A stretch of DNA of 64,000 nt from Candidatus Babeliales bacterium (GTDB taxonomy: Bacteria; Babelota; Babeliae; Babelales; JANWKD01). Where the stretch lies: contig CAVRJO010000001.1 in NCBI GenBank assembly GCA_963722255.1, forward strand, positions 288,001 through 352,000, given 5' to 3'. The notes beneath the pieces are model-generated. The model saw only the letters and a program-made list of their open reading frames with translations, searched no databases and was not told where the DNA came from. Shown here one piece after another: positions 61,501-64,000 of the stretch (positions are counted from its first letter, which is position 1; each line of letters begins with the position of its first letter). Made by a program: the position numbers and the translations under genes.

Positions 61501-62443
61501 TCAGCACCAATTCCTCCTAAAAGCTTTCGAATCCATCCATATTTTTCAATAAGTGGAAGAGCATTTCTTACAACAAAAGAAGGGTTCAAAAACATATACG
61601 CTAAACCAGAGATATCCGGCTTGCTAGCTATTTCTTCAAATATTTTTGTTCCAGCAGCTACAGGAGTAAACGCTTTTTTTATCCGCTCAGCACGTTCATC
61701 AGCTCTTTTATTTTGTTCTAAGATTTCTCGGTCAGTTTTTACAGTGGGTGGAACAAATTCATACATAATATCTTCAACAATGGAAGAAAACTTTTTATCT
61801 TTACACGAAGTAACAGTACGAAAACGATTTACCGTATCCTTACCATTAAAAACAGAAAAAAGAAGCTGCGTATTATATGATAATTTTTCCATAGCATGAA
61901 CTGCATTCTGAGCATCATTACGTTTTAGGGCGTCATTAAGTTCCCTATAATTACAAGATTCTAAATAATCAAATGCTCTTGCAATTTTTTTACCAACAGA
62001 AAGTGTTTGAGGCATCAAAGCATTGATCGCTCTATAAGGGGTTGACGAATTCTTTTCATGCGAGTCCAGCAAAGCCGTTAAAACTTTATTAGTTTTTAAA
62101 GAAATTGATTCACTTTGAGTAGAGCTAAGCGCTGTAATTTGAGCGACAACTTTTGAGAAAATATTTCTTGTTGTCTCAAGTTGTTCAAGCCCAACTTCTT
62201 TTTTTTTAGAAAATTATGATCTCTATAATCAGCCAAATATCTTGAAAGCCCACACATATTATCAATAAGGCTTTGAACATCAGATTTAGCTTCATTAGAA
62301 ATTGTATCGAGCCAAGCCAAATGTTTTTGTACTGGTGTTTGCTCCACAGCATGTTCCATTGAATACAGATCAAAAACAAATGCAAAACAAATGATAACTA
62401 CAGTACCAAATATTTTTTTTGATAGGTTTTTACTATTTTTCAT
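58520..62443 (-). CDS. Large (about 1300 aa) secreted coiled-coil protein with a C-terminal Josephin-like cysteine protease; split by two frameshifts
   Basis: ORFs 62096..62443, 60582..62072 and 58520..60607 join at A-runs (about 62200 and 60630). Signal peptide ...DLYS|ME; Q-x5-C / HW / D motifs. Confidence 0.6.
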
Positions 62444-62582
62444 AAAAATTCCTTATTTTTATTTCAAAATACAAAAAAGATACACTACGGTAACTTCTTG
62501 CATTGAGCAAGTATATCCAAAATTAATAAAAATTTGAATTTATATGCTTTCGAATAGTAAAAAATTTTATTTCATCACTCTA

Positions 62583-64000
62583 TCACTGCATGAGCTGTTT
62601 AATTTTAGTCTCAAGTGCTTTGGCATTTATCTCCTCATATGCAAGCAGTTCATCAGGAGATCCGGATTTTGGTAATTTAGTCACTGCCATTATATGCACT
62701 TCAACACCTGTATTTTTCAATGCAGTAACAACAGATTCACCAATGCCTCCTTGACTATAATGATCTTCAATGGTAATAATTCGGTTTTGCGAAGTGCGGG
62801 CAACTCTTAATAGTGTAGAAGCATCAAGTGGCTTTATTGAGTACAAATCAATGAGCGCAAATGTTATAGAATCTTTTGCCAAATGTTTATAGGCCTTAAG
62901 CGCTTCAAAGACTGTGATGCCAGCAGCAACAACACAGACCACATCATGCGAACTTTGTTTTAAAATCGAACAACCTCCAATAACAAATTTTTTATCAACA
63001 TCATATATAACAGATGTTTCAGCACGTGTTGTACGCAAGTAACTAATGCTTGAATGATGATTTGCCATAAGCTCAACGAGCTTCCAGCAACTTACAGCAT
63101 CGCATGGATATAAAATTACCGATTCAGGAATAGCACGCATCATTGCAATATCTTCCAAAGCCATTTGCGAAGGACCATCTTGACCAATGGATACTCCACA
63201 ATGTGAACCCACCAAACGTAGTGCAGCTCTTCCTATTGCTGCCATTCGAATCTGATCAAATGCTCGCGTAAAAAAAGAACCAAAAGTAGATACAAACGGA
63301 ATTTTTCCTCGCGCATAAAGTCCAACAGCCATACTCACCATATTTTGTTCTGCAACAAAACATTGTATAAAACGTTCTGGAAAGGCTTTTTCAAAAATTT
63401 CTGCATAGGTAGAATTTTTAACTTCTGCATCAAGTGAAACTATATCCGTAGATTGCTTGCCAACTGCTGCTAATGCTTGACCATATGCTTTTCTTGTAGC
63501 GATCATTTCATCATGTGCATATTCTGGATTTTCAATTTGTAGATGATCAGTTGCTAAAATTTTTTTCGATGCTGCTGTAGGAACTGTTGGCTTCCATACA
63601 AAATCAGGCTTCTCAACATACTGAGCAAATCTTTTTTTTAAATTTCCTAGAATTCCCGGCAACTCTTCAGGCTTAAAAACTTTTCCGTGAAAACCGTTCT
63701 TATCTTCAGCCTGCTCAACACCATATCCTTTATATGTTTTTGCTATAATGATAACCGGCTGATTAGTAATTTTTTTTGCCTGATCAAAAGCTTCCAATAT
63801 TTCTTTCATGCAGTGGCCATCAACCACTAAAGCATACCAGCCAAAAGCAGTGAATTTCATAGCAAAATCAACGGCATGATGCCCTTCAATTGTTTCTGTC
63901 GTTTGACCCAATCTATTGCAATCTAAAATAGCTACAAGATTATTAAGTTTATAATATGAAGCGATCTCTGCCGCTTCCCAAACGGATCCTTCGGCACACT
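62583..64000 (-). CDS. tkt: Transketolase, 5'-truncated by window
   Basis: EGSVWEA..NRLG thiamine-binding region, AEQNMV, SHCGVSIGQDGPSQMALED and EDHY. Confidence 0.93.
   Translation of the reverse strand, partial: CAEGSVWEAAEIASYYKLNNLVAILDCNRLGQTTETIEGHHAVDFAMKFTAFGWYALVVDGHCMKEILEAFDQAKKITNQPVIIIAKTYKGYGVEQAEDKNGFHGKVFKPEELPGILGNLKKRFAQYVEKPDFVWKPTVPTAASKKILATDHLQIENPEYAHDEMIATRKAYGQALAAVGKQSTDIVSLDAEVKNSTYAEIFEKAFPERFIQCFVAEQNMVSMAVGLYARGKIPFVSTFGSFFTRAFDQIRMAAIGRAALRLVGSHCGVSIGQDGPSQMALEDIAMMRAIPESVILYPCDAVSCWKLVELMANHHSSISYLRTTRAETSVIYDVDKKFVIGGCSILKQSSHDVVCVVAAGITVFEALKAYKHLAKDSITFALIDLYSIKPLDASTLLRVARTSQNRIITIEDHYSQGGIGESVVTALKNTGVEVHIMAVTKLPKSGSPDELLAYEEINAKALETKIKQLMQ

Noticed and set aside
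62195..62210. Phase variation at poly-A tracts in effector genes (also about 20580)
   Set aside because: Cannot be distinguished from the homopolymer errors evident in essential genes without reads.

Overview
AT-rich bacterial chromosomal segment, most consistent with a protist-associated intracellular bacterium of the Dependentiae/Babeliae (TM6) type; this is inferred from gene content and was not confirmed by search. The housekeeping backbone includes rsmA, mreB, glmU, sbcD, SurA/PPIase, comF, pgpA, lspA, pheT, trpS, holA, rph, pnp, rpsO, rpoBC, rplKAJL, nusG, secE, rpmG, 7 tRNAs, cutA, tsaE, atpG, murA, tdk, radA and transketolase. Interleaved are about 18 lineage-specific, signal-peptide-bearing proteins that look like host-directed effectors: ankyrin, Sel1, M50 peptidase, J-domain-like, Josephin-like and coiled-coil. 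Four observations stand out. (1) Two effector-like genes are each bracketed by a core gene's 3' end and a diverged, in-frame 60-70 bp second copy of that 3' end, with mismatches mostly at third codon positions, which suggests integrase-free gene accretion at 3' ends. (2) Ten secreted proteins place a Met immediately after the predicted signal-peptidase site; in one a mitochondrial-presequence-like stretch follows and in another an NLS-like stretch. (3) There are ubiquitin- and chaperone-system mimics: a Josephin-like protease, a SOCS-box-like ankyrin protein and HPD-less J-domains. (4) RpoB carries a Cys-rich insertion. The many frameshifts, densest at 32.2-40.1 kb in pnp/rpsO/rpoC/rpoB, are best read as sequencing/assembly indels.
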